A stretch of 62,590 nt of DNA, filler included, from Stramenopiles sp. TOSAG23-2 (GCA_900128395.1; 41 parts of 41 records of this genome joined end to end with filler, not necessarily neighbours in it), one strand, 5' to 3'. Counted from the whole stretch's first letter, positions 1 to 13,212 are shown. The notes: generated by a model from the sequence alone, not told the origin. Program-made: numbers and translations.

Positions 1-802
1 TTTGTTCATCTACTTCATATCGTATCCTTTCATCTATTACTGCATTTCCATAAGCATCCATGTTGTTTGCGTTTGACTATGATTGTAGGTATTGGCATGT
101 AATGCAGTTTTCTATAATACTTCTTCTACAATGTATATTGTATGTGATTTAGATTATTATTTATTATTATGTACAATATTATAGGTAAAAAAAAATAATA
201 CATACATGTTGTTGTGCAACTTGTATGATGATGATGATATGGTTTGGTGTGGTGGTGAAGTGTTGTTACATGTTAATGTATGCCTGATATATGCCTTTAC
301 TTTTTTTTTTCGGATCATCAGGGGAGGCCATCATCAGGAGGACACAATGTAAATATCATTGACGCTCTGACGACGCTTTAGCTTGTTTAAAAATTTTTCC
401 GTTGAGCAAATCATTGTAGCAGGCATAAAGCATTTTCATAGGTTAATATCAATATACACTACAAAATAATATACTAAATAATTAATAAATATGCAGCTTT
501 GCAGCTTTTTTATAAAAAACTATAGCACAATAAGTTAAAGTCGTCTATTGCATTGCAGTTTTTTATAATCCTGTTAATATTAAAATACTACTGTTACACT
601 GTTATTAATACTATATAATACTGTATACTGTGGTATATATTACAAGGGATTTAGCAGGTCCAATATTTCAAGTGCCTTTTTTTTAAAAGTTGCACACAGT
701 CGATTAGAATTTAGAGAGCCCAAAACGAAAAAAAAAAAAAAAAATAAAATATATTGCGATAGGTAGATAAATAAAATAGTGTTTCATAAAATATATTTCA
801 TA

Positions 803-1438
803 CGAAAAAAAAAAAAAAAAATAAAATATATTGCGATAGGTAGATAAATAAAATAGTGTTTCATAAAATATATTTCATAACATCTGTGCTGTTATATTTT
901 TACATATATTAGTAATATACCACCCACTGCCGCTGTTTTGTAAAAAAGCCGACAGCAAAAGTCAATATTTAATTTTCTGTTGAAAATTAATGTGTGTGTG
1001 CATGTTTGAAATGCTTTAATTTAATGCATTTTTTTGTAAAAGCATAGTCTAATGAAATCATGCCTACCAGTTGGCTGGGTAAAGGTAGTATGTGATAGCA
1101 GGTAAATATAACTAAAAATTACGAATTAAAATATTTGATATATATTTTTAAGTAAGGAAAATTGTGTGTATTATTTGCTTGCTAATTTGTATAAACACCT
1201 TAAATATTTTTAAATAAATAAAAAATGCGTAAATTAAAGCATTTCAAACATGCACACATACATATCTTTAAAATGACTTTTGCTGTCGGCTTTTTTACAA
1301 AACAGCGGCAGTGGGTGGTATATTACTAATATATGTAAAAATATAACAGCACAGATGTTATGAAATATATTTTATGAAACACTATTTTATTTATCTACCT
1401 ATCGCAATATATTTTATTTTTTTTTTTTTTTTTCGTTT
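803..1438. repeat. Foldback/MITE-like long inverted repeat, with an adjacent 77-bp tandem duplication (726-802/803-879)
   Basis: 803-~964 is the reverse complement of ~1274-1438; the inner arms (~994-1035 vs ~1221-1260) match only imperfectly; ~185-bp spacer. Confidence 0.8.
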
Positions 1439-1538
1439 NNNNNNNNNNNNNNNNNNNNNNNNNNNNNNNNNNNNNNNNNNNNTTAATTAATTAANNNNNN
1501 NNNNNNNNNNNNNNNNNNNNNNNNNNNNNNNNNNNNNN
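1439..1538. other. Artificial contig spacer (first of 40 identical N44-TTAATTAATTAA-N44 linkers)
   Basis: The same 100-nt spacer recurs about every 1.52-1.54 kb; contigs between spacers shrink steadily from 1438 to 1421 bp. Confidence 0.98.
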
Positions 1539-1540
1539 TA

Positions 1541-2284
1541 GATCAAGATGAAAACAATATTAATAGAACTGGCGAAGATTTAGATGAATACAATAATGAA
1601 GCTGGTACAGCCAATAAAACGTTAGCTAGAATTAAAGCAAAAGAGCAACGGGCACGGTATGAATTATATGCCGCGTTTGCTTTCTTTATATTTGTTGTAC
1701 TGTATATACTTGTTCGTCGAATTCCATTTCTTGCATTTTTCCTTAGATTTTTTGGTAGCACACGTGATAGTCTTGACCCTGTAACTTATAATGGTGTTGG
1801 TACTATGGAAACTTCCAAGCTTACTGGTATTTTGAACAATAATCAAAAAAATAATCATATAAATAACCCTTCAGAAAATGTTGCATCACCCTCAGTAAGT
1901 ACCATAGAATCGAACTTTGAAAAGGTAAATGAGGAGAATAATAAGTATTTTTTGAAAAAAGAAGCACAATTATTAGCAATGGAAACATTAAGGCAGAATA
2001 AGAAAGATGAAGATGTAGAAAGTACAGCGATTTCCAATCAAGTATCAGGGCAAAAGCGTCTGTGTTGTATGGCCATGACTGCAAGTTGCTTAGCATGCAA
2101 CGCGGATAAGTCAATAGAAGACTTTTGTAGTATACACCAAAATATACCAGGTTGTCCAGGAGAAAAAGATATAAGTGTGGAGGATATGATGGTTGAAGTT
2201 GAAGTCGGTTCATTAATATCAAATCGTGCTATTGAAAAAGGTAGGCTACCTACTGTTGAAAATACAAACGAAGATGACAGTTAG
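1541..2284 (+). CDS. Sec20/BNIP1-like SNARE, 5'-truncated, with a Cys-rich C-terminal extension
   Basis: Frame open from contig start: ...TGEDLDEYNNEAGTANKTLARIKAKEQRARYELYAAFAFFIFVVLYILVRR (Sec20-type coiled coil plus TM), continuing into ORF 1805-2284. Confidence 0.6.
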   Translation, partial: DQDENNINRTGEDLDEYNNEAGTANKTLARIKAKEQRARYELYAAFAFFIFVVLYILVRRIPFLAFFLRFFGSTRDSLDPVTYNGVGTMETSKLTGILNNNQKNNHINNPSENVASPSVSTIESNFEKVNEENNKYFLKKEAQLLAMETLRQNKKDEDVESTAISNQVSGQKRLCCMAMTASCLACNADKSIEDFCSIHQNIPGCPGEKDISVEDMMVEVEVGSLISNRAIEKGRLPTVENTNEDDS

Positions 2285-3077
2285 AACCGTGTATCATTTT
2301 ATTTCTTGTGACGACATTTACAAATACAGTACACTGTATTATTTATACACTACTCTAGTATTCTTTAATTCATTTATAAAATTGAATTAGTAGAGTAGTA
2401 TTTTATTAAATTTCACATGTTATTTAATCTATACCAAAAATACCCGGCACGGCACCACATAACTTTTTTTTCTATCATTTTTATTTGACATTACTACGAC
2501 GAAGTAAAAATAAGTTAGTACTGTATGTCATATCTATCTATGTGCATTTTATGATTTTTTTTATTGTGCTTTTGCTTTTTACTGTACAGTACTGTTATAA
2601 TTATTCGGCATTTTTCTGTGGTGGCAATAATTTTTTTTAAGGTTATTGCACTGCAACTGCCACCAGCAACCACCACTGCAGTGCCACTATTAGAACTATT
2701 ATATGAAAAAAAAAGAAATAATAGATGTGCAGATGATGATAAGCTGGCCCGGCTGGCTGGGCTGGTACGTGCGTACCGTAAAATAATAATAAGCCAGTAG
2801 CTAAGCCAGTATTAATATTATTTTAATAAAGTACATATAATAATATACCACCAGTAAGTAGCTATTAAATACCGGGGGTACTTATTAGCACATACAAATA
2901 CTTTTCGATGAACATGCCCCACCCCACCACACCACACCACACCCTACCTGATAAACGAATGGCACTTTGCTTGAACNNNNNNNNNNNNNNNNNNNNNNNN
3001 NNNNNNNNNNNNNNNNNNNNTTAATTAATTAANNNNNNNNNNNNNNNNNNNNNNNNNNNNNNNNNNNNNNNNNNNNA

Positions 3078-4285
3078 ATTGATGATATTGATCAATTAAA
3101 AGGTATTGATAATAATAATAATAATAATAATGACGAGGAGGACGAGAAGGAGGAATCAAATAATAGAAAAGAAAGCAAAACAAATCTTTCTTCCATCACA
3201 GAAAATGAAGCAATGGTATTAGATGATATAGATAGTATTAGTAGACGAGGAGGACGAGAAGGAGGAATCAAATAATAGAAAAGAAAGCAAAACAAATCTT
3301 TCTTCCATCACAGAAAATGAAGCAATGGTATTAGATGATATAGATAGTATTAGTAAGAAAAACAATAATACTACTGCTGCTAACGACGATATATACTTCA
3401 ATTCATTTTGTGACCTATTAAATAATGCATACGATAATCAATTAAATTGGAAAATTTATATTCAATTATTACATGATTTACATGAATTAATATTAGCAAC
3501 AAACGATGTAAGAAAACAAATACGTTTAATAAAAGGTGTTCCAGATAAAAATCTAGTTGGATTGCAACATTTTTCAACATTTGGTAAATTATCATATATT
3601 TTTAATTTTTTCGAAGATTACAATTGTCGTATACGTGAGCAAACATTATTAATTGCAATTGATTTATGGAAGAAATGCGACGAGTTGAAAGAACATATAC
3701 AACCAATTTTTCTTGCTAGAAATGAAGTGATTAAAAGTGAACATACATTGATACGAAATATATTAAATAATGATTTAACGGCACTTGCTATTATTACATA
3801 TGAAATTAAAGATAAACAAGTAGAAGAGCGGATTCAAGAATGTGTTGCTGATTTGGTCCATGGATATTGCCAACATAAAGTAAAAGAATTAGCAAATTTA
3901 GTAGTAGAACATAAAAGTAATGAAAAAAATTTCAAATTAAAAAATATAGTCGATCGTGTCAAATCGGATTTATTAAATTTAGCAAATCATACAAATGAAT
4001 CAAAAAATCAATTAATTCGATCGAATTCAAGTCGCATACGTGGTGATAAATCAAAAGCAATGATGCTTTATCGTGAATCTTTGTTTCATTATAATAATTG
4101 GAGTCAAGCAATTGTGACTTTAAGCAAATCAACTGGGTAAGTAGATCATTTTATTATATATATATATATATATATATATACTCTATATATATAGAGATGC
4201 TTTATCGTGAATCTTTGTTTCATTATAATAATTGGAGTCAAGCAATTGTGACTTTAAGCAAATCAACTGGGTAAGTAGATCATTT

Positions 4286-4316
<31 letters not shown>

Positions 4317-4514
4317 CTATATATTCATAGTGAAATGTTAGAAATATACACACAGTATCTATAGATAGAAAATGTAGAAAGCAACATCATCTCTCTAACA
4401 CACAATATATATGCAACTATATACAAATAAACATACACATACATGCAGAAGTTTTACTGCGAAACATAACATTAATTTAGCACGTTGCAATGTTACGATG
4501 GGTGATTCATATTT
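3078..4514 (+). CDS. Helical/TPR-like protein fragment; intron 4137-4448; interrupted by duplications
   Basis: ORF 3325-4136, then GG|GTAAGT...CTAAC...CAG|A resumes in frame (GSFTAKHNINLARCNVTMGDSY); out-of-frame 112-bp duplication 3132-3243/3244-3355 and a 134-bp-period duplication at 4062/4196. Confidence 0.6.
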
Positions 4515-5077
4515 NNNNNNNNNNNNNNNNNNNNNNNNNNNNNNNNNNNNNNNNNNNNTTAATTAATTAANNNNNNNNNNNNNNNNNNNNNNNNNNNNNN
4601 NNNNNNNNNNNNNNATTTTATTCATGCTGGTGCACCATATAAAAGGGAAAACGAGCATGTACACTTGCATTTGAAGCCAAACATGGCTAGTCTTGCATAG
4701 CATCACCTTTTTACATAGCATCACCTTTTTTACAAAATATACATGTATGCTACCAGCATACTATCTATAGGCGCGCCACTTTTTCATGTTCCTTGTAGGG
4801 TATAAAATAAATAGGGAGTAAATCTGAATAGAATACTATAATGTATACTCAAAACACAAAATTCAAATCTCATCTCTTCTTTGAAATCATCTGTTGAAAT
4901 CACAACAACTGCCACATTTAGTTTACATGGTGATCTTAGAAGAAACGCAAATGATGAGAGAGACAGACAACAGGTAGATACACACGATTGTGTTGCTACA
5001 TCACTATTGTTATTCTTGTTGATATATATATATATATCTACACACACATAGATTGTTCCATATAACAAAATATCAAT

Positions 5078-5999
5078 ATGGCAACATCTTCAGATAGTTT
5101 GTTATCATCACCACATGGTGGAAAATCTTTTGTACCAAAAAATTATAGTTCTACTACAACTATTGGAAGGCATGATGCAAGAAATTCAGTTAAAGTGAAA
5201 ACAAATCATTCAGGTGACGTGCCACATTTTATATATGAAGGTTTGTTAACGAATCCAAATAGAATCGAAGAGGATTTAATAAATGATCCAATGAATGGGA
5301 AGAGTACATTATGTTGTACATCGTTTAATGTTATTAATGGAATTGTTGGGGCAGGTGTCATTGGTTTACCATATGCTTTTCATCAGCAAGGATTTTTGCC
5401 AGCAATAATTGGTATGTTAGTTATTGCTATTGTTACATATTTTACGATGATATTACAAATTGAAGTTGGTCGTACATGTGGATGTTTTACGTATGAAAGT
5501 GTATGCGAACTTGCATTTGGAAGAAAAGGGTTTTATGGTTTAGTCGTTTTCATGGGTATTAATTCATTTGGTGTATGTGTTGCATATATATGTTTGATAC
5601 AATTAGTATTACCACCAATATTACATCCAATACTTGTTGCATTTGTTCCATCAAGCGATATGAAATATATTACACCGGAAGTAATGATTTTTGGTTTATC
5701 AACAGTTTTATTATTACCATTATCGTTATATCGAAATATTGCATCATTAGAAAAAGTTTCATTTTTAAGCATTATTGTCATTATTTTAATGATTTCTGCA
5801 TTGGCAATTAATTTTTTTTCCATGGGTGATAAAGCTGCAATTCGTACGGAAAATTTAAATGAATTATTAATTGATTTTGGTTCTGAATATATTCAAGGTT
5901 TAGGAACATTAGCATTTGCATTTGGTTGTCAACAATATTCTTTTTTAGCATTTGAATCTTTGGATGAACCGACTGAATCACGTTGGTCCATCGTTGCTG
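5078..5999 (+). CDS. Amino-acid transporter (Aa_trans, SLC38/AVT family), 3' end chimeric or truncated
   Basis: FNVINGIVGAGVIGLPYAF and GTLAFAFGCQ motifs, multiple TM helices; the last 55 bp of the contig are an inverted copy of its start. Confidence 0.9.
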
Positions 6000-6244
6000 C
6001 AAGTGTACATGCTCGTTTTCCCTTTTATATGGTGCACCAGCATGAATAAAATNNNNNNNNNNNNNNNNNNNNNNNNNNNNNNNNNNNNNNNNNNNNTTAA
6101 TTAATTAANNNNNNNNNNNNNNNNNNNNNNNNNNNNNNNNNNNNNNNNNNNNATATATATAATATGACACAGTATTACCGTGTCGTATTCATTTGTATAT
6201 ATACGTATATATATATATGCATATTGCATATTACACCCCGATAT

Positions 6245-7588
6245 TTACTTTTTGCCTTTCTTATGTAATGCTACAAGTTCATCAAATCTAGCTAAACAAT
6301 CATTGGGTGATTTACCATCAACACCTGCTGAAATTTTTTCCCAGCGTTGATTTTTTGATAATTTTCCTTGTGGAAATTTACGCAAACCAGCTTCTAATTG
6401 CTTTTGTTGCGCATCGTTCCAAATTGCCGCCTTTGCATTGTTGTTGTTACTACTTGTAGCCTCTGCCTTTGCATTAGCTGCTGCTACATCATTTCCACGT
6501 TCTAGAGATGATAAACTATTTGCTTTTTTAATACATTCTGATGCAGCACGAATAATACCACTTTTTGATAATTTATTCACCATATCAGCAATTTGCTCCC
6601 AACGTCTTGTTGCGCCTCCTGGAAATTTCTTCGTCGCTTTTATTAAAAATGCCATCTCATCTTTTGTCCATGGCTTTTGCGCTGCAAGTTTACGCTTTTT
6701 ATCTGCCTCGATTGCAAGTTGTCTTGCTTCATCTCTTTTCTTAATACGTTCTGCTTCACTTAATGTTTTTTCCTCTTTCAATCGATCACATGTTTCCGTG
6801 CAATAAACAAGAACATTTACGACGTTTTCATCAACTGTCCCAGCTTCAGTAAAACGTGCATTGATATCAAGCAATTCTTCCAAACTTAACTCATCGCATA
6901 CATATTGCACATCATCTAACGACAATGTTGCTTTCTCATGTTTTGCTGATAAAAATTCAAGATAAATTTTCATAAATTTCTTTCTTGCTTTTTTCAATTG
7001 TTTTTTTTGCTTTTGTCTTGCTTCCCTAGCATTTTTGACACTATTTTTTCTTGCTTGTTCAGCGGCAGCAGCTGCCTCTGCATCTGCTTTTAATTTTGCT
7101 TCTTCCTCCGCTTTTGCTTTTTCTTCCTCTTCTTTTTTCTTTTTCACCGCAGCTGCTTTTGCATCTTTCTCCGCTTTTTCAAATGCAGCAATACGTGGAT
7201 CAATTTTCCTTGCATTTTCATACAATTGACGTAAACGTCTATATTCATCACGCTTACGCTTAGCACGTTTTCCTGTATTTTGCTTTTCCATCCATCGTCT
7301 ATCATCACGTGATTCAGATTCATCGACTATATGCTCATCCAATGCTTTGAAATTTCTCCATGATTCAAATTTACCCCAGAATTCATAAAATGCATCTACT
7401 TCTTCTTTTGTTGCGTTCATATCACCAAGTTCTGGCACTGGTAAAGTAACACTGAACCTAGCATTGCGTTTAAACGCAGCAGTAAAATGTTTGAAAAAAT
7501 GCTTTTCATTTTTCCAAACAGCTTTTGGTACAGTATCATCAAATTCATAATGCGAATCATAATCTTTTTTTTTTTGTGGATCAATTAA
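6245..7588 (-). CDS. DNAJC2: DnaJ subfamily C member 2 (zuotin/MPP11), 5'-truncated
   Basis: Zuotin homology motif FYEFWGKFESWRNF...ESRDDRRWMEKQN, DPRI, charged region, two C-terminal SANT domains. Confidence 0.93.
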   Translation of the reverse strand, partial: LIDPQKKKDYDSHYEFDDTVPKAVWKNEKHFFKHFTAAFKRNARFSVTLPVPELGDMNATKEEVDAFYEFWGKFESWRNFKALDEHIVDESESRDDRRWMEKQNTGKRAKRKRDEYRRLRQLYENARKIDPRIAAFEKAEKDAKAAAVKKKKEEEEKAKAEEEAKLKADAEAAAAAEQARKNSVKNAREARQKQKKQLKKARKKFMKIYLEFLSAKHEKATLSLDDVQYVCDELSLEELLDINARFTEAGTVDENVVNVLVYCTETCDRLKEEKTLSEAERIKKRDEARQLAIEADKKRKLAAQKPWTKDEMAFLIKATKKFPGGATRRWEQIADMVNKLSKSGIIRAASECIKKANSLSSLERGNDVAAANAKAEATSSNNNNAKAAIWNDAQQKQLEAGLRKFPQGKLSKNQRWEKISAGVDGKSPNDCLARFDELVALHKKGKK

Positions 7589-7688
7589 NNNNNNNNNNNN
7601 NNNNNNNNNNNNNNNNNNNNNNNNNNNNNNNNTTAATTAATTAANNNNNNNNNNNNNNNNNNNNNNNNNNNNNNNNNNNNNNNNNNNN

Positions 7689-9123
7689 TCACCAAGATAA
7701 TATTGACCGATTGCTGATCCTTGTTTTGCTGATTTCATAAACAAATCAAATGCTTTCTTCTCGTCTTCTTCTCCACTATAACCATAACAATAACAATAAC
7801 CAAGCCAACATTCACCATATGCATCTCCATGTTCCGTTGATTTACTAAAATAGTCAAATGCCTTTTTTCTATTATCTTCAGTGTCGAAACCTTTTAAAGG
7901 CTCAATTTCAATATCATGCAAAAAACCAAGTATATTTTGGGATAAACTATCATTTTTATTGTTTTCATAATATTTAATAATAATATTATATCCTTTTTCA
8001 GCATCTTTAATAAAATTACCAAATCCAAAAATATGACATATGCCAATTGCAAGATCAAATCCACTACAAGCAGACGTTTCAATCAATGTTTGATATTGTA
8101 GTGGTATAAAAAATTTCAAATCATATTCATAATCCTGAATTAAATGACTAAATCCAATCACCATCAATTCATGTGCACCTACAGATAAATCAATGGCAAT
8201 ACTCACATTATTATTATTATTATTATTATCATTATCAGTCGTCTTTTGTTTACGACGTTTTTTCCTTGATAAAGATGATGAAGAAGAAGAACTGGTACCA
8301 TTGCTAGTCTCGTCTACTGCTTTGCGTTTTTTCCCTGGTGCACTACTACTATTCCCAATATCTTCAACATTCTTAATCTTTAATTCAATATTTTCATTCA
8401 TTTTTTTCAATATTTCAATTTGTTGAGTATTTATTAATAATGATTTCTTCACATTTTCAAAATTCATTTGTGCTTCATTATATGCTTTTTCTAATTTTTC
8501 ATATTCGTTCTTCAATTTTACACTATTTTCTTCCTTCACTTTCATAATTAATAGTTGACAATCTTTTATTGCATTAAATTTCTTTAATTCATCAGCTTTT
8601 TTATTTAAAAACATCAATATTTCAGATTCAAGCACACTAAATGATGATTCCACTTCCGTAGTTAAAAGTGAATTTATTTCAATGATTTTTTTCCATTTAT
8701 TAATTTTTTCATTTGTTACTAAGACTTTTGGACTTGATTGTACAAGTTTTGAAATTTTTGATATTGTTTTAATCACATTGTTAGATGTCTCTGCTGTTAG
8801 CAATTCACCTTCAGCAAGTTTTAATGCTTTATTAAAATCAATACCATTTTTATTCTTTTGTTGCCATGAAGATATCATACTTTTCATACTATGATTTGGT
8901 GTCAATGTATGATTATTTAAAATAGCACCAGTTAAAGGAGATGTAACAGGTTGACCTTCTTTTGTTGCAATCCATTTTTCAATTGATATACGTTCATACG
9001 TTTGTCCATCAGCTGCAATGACAGGATCTTTAAATATGTCACCACTAATTGAACATATAAAATGTTCTGGTGTTGGAATTTGCATACCACCGGTATCTTG
9101 ACTATTTGAAATTGACGTCGTCG
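7689..9123 (-). CDS. U-box E3 ligase domain + coiled coil + SEL1 repeats (partial)
   Basis: PEHFICSISGDIFKDPVIAADGQTYER...SPLTG...LTPN U-box; KKAFDYFSKSTEHGDAYGECWLGYCY SEL1 repeats. Confidence 0.9.
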
Positions 9124-9249
9124 NNNNNNNNNNNNNNNNNNNNNNNNNNNNNNNNNNNNNNNNNNNNTTAATTAATTAANNNNNNNNNNNNNNNNNNNNN
9201 NNNNNNNNNNNNNNNNNNNNNNNTAGTAAAGCATTTATTATATTGCTTC

Positions 9250-9286
<37 letters not shown>

Positions 9287-9686
9287 GCTATTAGATGTAT
9301 TAAAATATTTTCTTTTATTCATCTTGTATAATTGAGTATAGTTATGTTGTTATTGTTTGTATTGAAAGGTGGATATGTATATATATATATTTTTGTATAT
9401 TTCTATTTATGTTTGTTTTTTCTACGAGTATTAGGTATGTTTATGTTTGGAAAGGGCTTGTTATACATATATATAAAGGACGAGTGTTGTTGGAATATCC
9501 AAGACCAAGAGCCATCAAGAGGCTTTATCATACACAATCACATATCCAGTGCATACATGACATAGTGCGAGATGAGAGAAATTATATATATCTGGGAGTG
9601 TTATTACGAGAAGTAAAATTTTTATGAAATATATCTACGTGTGTCACATATATAAATTCTTTTTTTGGATGTTTTTATCAGTACTA

Positions 9687-10559
9687 CTACAAACTGGTTC
9701 TCTTCTTTGCGGTATTCATATATGGTCGGAAGACCCATTCTTTTTCAGCACGGTTTTGATCTAATGTACCTAAACGTACTTCATATGGTCGTAATTCAAA
9801 ACGTGGACCAGCTTCTTCCAATTCAATATCTTTATGTCCATCTACTTTTGTATAATTATGATGACGAAAAGAGATGAAATCGTTTTCGTTTCTAAATGTC
9901 ATTACACGTTTACTATCATCTTTTGGTACTGGGAATAAATATTTCAATATATTCATTATACGTTCCCCAATTTTAGATTTAAAATTATCAAAAATTAAAT
10001 GTGGATATGCTTCTGAAATCGTACCACAACCTTCAATATCATGGCGCATCACTGTATTTGCTAATGAAAAATAACATGTTGGGCCAAATGGCAAATGACT
10101 AACTATTAAACCATCCGGTTCTCCACGATGTTCTTGCACGACTACTATATCAGTAAAATCATTATTTCGACATACTTCAACTAATTCACCTACTTGTGTA
10201 TTACCACGATTAATTCGTTGTGAATTTGGAAATATTAAACGTACTTCTTTTGCAAATGCTTTTAGACGTGAACTTGGACTTCGTGAGGTAGTGACGCATA
10301 TTTTTGGATCGATGATACCAGCTTTTGCATATTCATCATCAATGTGCGTTTTTAAATTTTCCGTCACGTCATCATCCGCATCCAAGGATGCTTTTAATTT
10401 TTGTGCATCATCTCTTAATTCCGTTGGTATTGCTTTTCCTTCCGCTAATGCTTTTTGTATTCTTTTTTTTCTATCATACAATGCACGTTCTTTGCCTTCC
10501 AATGATTTACGATATAAATATTCACGTCGTAAACGTAAATTTCTTCTTGTCGATGACAT
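9687..10559 (-). CDS. IMP4: U3 snoRNP protein IMP4 (Brix domain), complete
   Basis: RLRREYLYRKS, DDEYA, TTSRSPSSRLKAFAKE, EHRGEPDGLIVSHLPFGPT, GPRFELRPY, EWVFRPYMNTAKKR. Confidence 0.97.
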   Translation of the reverse strand: MSSTRRNLRLRREYLYRKSLEGKERALYDRKKRIQKALAEGKAIPTELRDDAQKLKASLDADDDVTENLKTHIDDEYAKAGIIDPKICVTTSRSPSSRLKAFAKEVRLIFPNSQRINRGNTQVGELVEVCRNNDFTDIVVVQEHRGEPDGLIVSHLPFGPTCYFSLANTVMRHDIEGCGTISEAYPHLIFDNFKSKIGERIMNILKYLFPVPKDDSKRVMTFRNENDFISFRHHNYTKVDGHKDIELEEAGPRFELRPYEVRLGTLDQNRAEKEWVFRPYMNTAKKRTSL

Positions 10560-12292
10560 AATTGATACAGGGGTTTACGAGGCAGTGATGCTCTTATTGA
10601 TATTACAACGTAGTTAATCTATATATTATCTGATTAATCTTTTCTTACAACACTTTTCNNNNNNNNNNNNNNNNNNNNNNNNNNNNNNNNNNNNNNNNNN
10701 NNTTAATTAATTAANNNNNNNNNNNNNNNNNNNNNNNNNNNNNNNNNNNNNNNNNNNNCTCCATCCATCACCATTGATCGAAGCCACAAAAATCACCACC
10801 GACGACAAAAAGAAGAAACATGCGATAATGTATTTATCATATATAATATTTACCAAAACGTATTTTCACGATACTACAATACCATAGTACCTCTTATAAT
10901 ATCCCCACCAACTACAAAAATCCAAATTGGAAAAACAGGAAAAATGACATTTCTCAACAACTACATCGATTCATATCAAATAAATTACATCATTTCACTT
11001 AGAAATCATTAACACAACGAAAAAATGTTATCATCAGCATGATATATAATAAGAACATCGTTTTTCGTCATATCGTCACTGCACAAAACACAAATGCAAT
11101 CACTACAAAGTATGGACTACTGTTTTCATATTTCACGATTTATAGGTAAATAGCACTATTTCACACATCTCACAAACAGAAACAAAACTTCGGATAATTC
11201 ATCTATATACGTATATACTCATAAAAACACCTTTATCATCCAAATGAATTTGTCCGGATAGCATTAAATCTTTTTAATAATGATAATAAACAATCGTAGA
11301 AATTTATATCACTTAAAATAAACAAAAACGTATTTTTTTAGACTATTTTCGACATTATACCCACTGACAAGTATTTTCTAATATTTTCTGTCAATTCATC
11401 TCGGAAAAAATATTCTTTAAAGTTTATATGTTTTTTCCTCCAAATTCAAAATTCTCCATAAAAAATATATTAATCGATTTCAATTGTCATATAAATGTTA
11501 GAATATCATTATCATCTATATAAAAACGTATGTGAAAACAATATACGACGTATTATGATCTACAATTTTTTATTTTTTGTATTTTCTAACATACATGAAT
11601 TTTGCTATCGAATCGTTTTATCTTGTTAAAATTCCCAATGGTCCAATTTATAAATTTTTTTTATATTTTTATAGAAACATTACAAAATGACAAATGGAAT
11701 TTGTTTTCTATATAAATCGTGTGATTTCTTAGTATATCATCTTATACATAATTAATTGAACGAATACAATCCATTTTTATCTATTATTCACTTATCTTGT
11801 ATAGTTTATAATGTATTTTTATTTTTGTCTACATCATTTTCTATACCTTGTTTTATAAATATTAAATTTATTACAAGAGTATATATTTATGTTACTTCAT
11901 TATTATGTGAATGGTAAGTTGGTCTGCATTAGTATGGGAATACCATTGGTATAAATAATTATCCTATCTATATATGTACTTAAAACAATATTAGAATACC
12001 ACTTGGAAATCTCAAAATATGGCAGAACCAAAAAAAAATAAAAAACAACTAGATCTATTTTAAAAAAAAAAATAAAAACATAAAAAGACATGTATATATA
12101 TATGTGTTTTTCTCTTACTCATATGTTATATAAAATGCTTTTACTCCCGTTTATTAACATCTCAAATCAAAAATGATTTATACATATTAATGNNNNNNNN
12201 NNNNNNNNNNNNNNNNNNNNNNNNNNNNNNNNNNNNTTAATTAATTAANNNNNNNNNNNNNNNNNNNNNNNNNNNNNNNNNNNNNNNNNNNN

Positions 12293-13212
12293 ATCCTCTT
12301 GGCATGCCAAAATCAACAACAAAACCATTTGGTGGCATCTTTGGATCTGCATCATCAACAATGTCATCCTTTGGTGGTGGTGGTGGTGGTTTTGGAACAA
12401 AAAATAACGATGGAAAAAAAAATAATAGTTTAGGTTTTGGTGCGGTTTCCGCATCTGGTGCAAATTCTATTTTTGGTAAAATTGATAAAAGTGGTTTTGG
12501 TACAAAACCTGCTGGTACGGCTACTGGAGCATTTGGTAAAGTATCAAAAGATAGCACTTCTTTAAGTCCTGGATTAACTGAAAATAATGTTAAAATTAAT
12601 GGTGAAGAAGATGAAGAAACTGTATTAGCTACAAGAGCAAAATTATTTGAAATGCAAGAAAACGAAAAACCAGCAACGGTTAATGCTACTAATGGTAGCA
12701 GTAGTGGTAATAGTACTAGCGAAAGTGATAAGAAAGATGATAAAGATAAAGAAAAGGAAACTGTGAAGAAAGATAATGGTGATGATGATAATAATAGTAA
12801 TAATAATAATAATAAAGAAGAAAATAATAAGACGGAAAAAAAAGATGATGAAACTGCGAAAAATGCATCTGTGCCAGCATATGAATGGAAAACTAGAGGT
12901 GTTGGCGAAATACGCTTAAAAGAAGAAAAATGGAATTCTAGTAAACATAGTAATGGACATATACGTAATCAACGTCTTGTAATGCGACGTGAATATGGTG
13001 CTGGTTCGATTGGTGGTGAAGTCATCTTAAATGCACAATTAACTTCCGATGTCAAACTTGTACGTGAAAATGATTCACATTTGCGTTTGACATCATTTGA
13101 TACGTCTGGAAAAGTTGTGACACATTTAATCCGCATTAAGCGTTTTAAAGATTTAGAAGCATTGGAAAGAAAAGTTTTAAATCACATCAATGAATGCAAT
13201 AAAAAAAAGTAA
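12293..13212 (+). CDS. FG-repeat + Ran-binding domain protein (Nup50/Nup2/Yrb2-like), 5'-truncated
   Basis: FG repeats; GEEDEETVLATRAKLF; WKTRGVGEIRL; RLVMRR...VILNA. Confidence 0.85.

Noticed and set aside
3132..4316. Tandem duplications as real gene rearrangements
   Set aside because: Perfect identity, out of frame, next to low-complexity runs; likely misassembly
4615..6052. 55-bp terminal inverted repeats suggesting a transposon carrying a transporter (also 32202-33629)
   Set aside because: Exactly 55 bp at both contig ends in unrelated contigs, and it truncates the ORF; this fits assembler k-mer overlap at an inversion chimera
10759..12192. Possible gene in this contig
   Set aside because: Only short coding-like patches with stops in all frames; no recognisable motif
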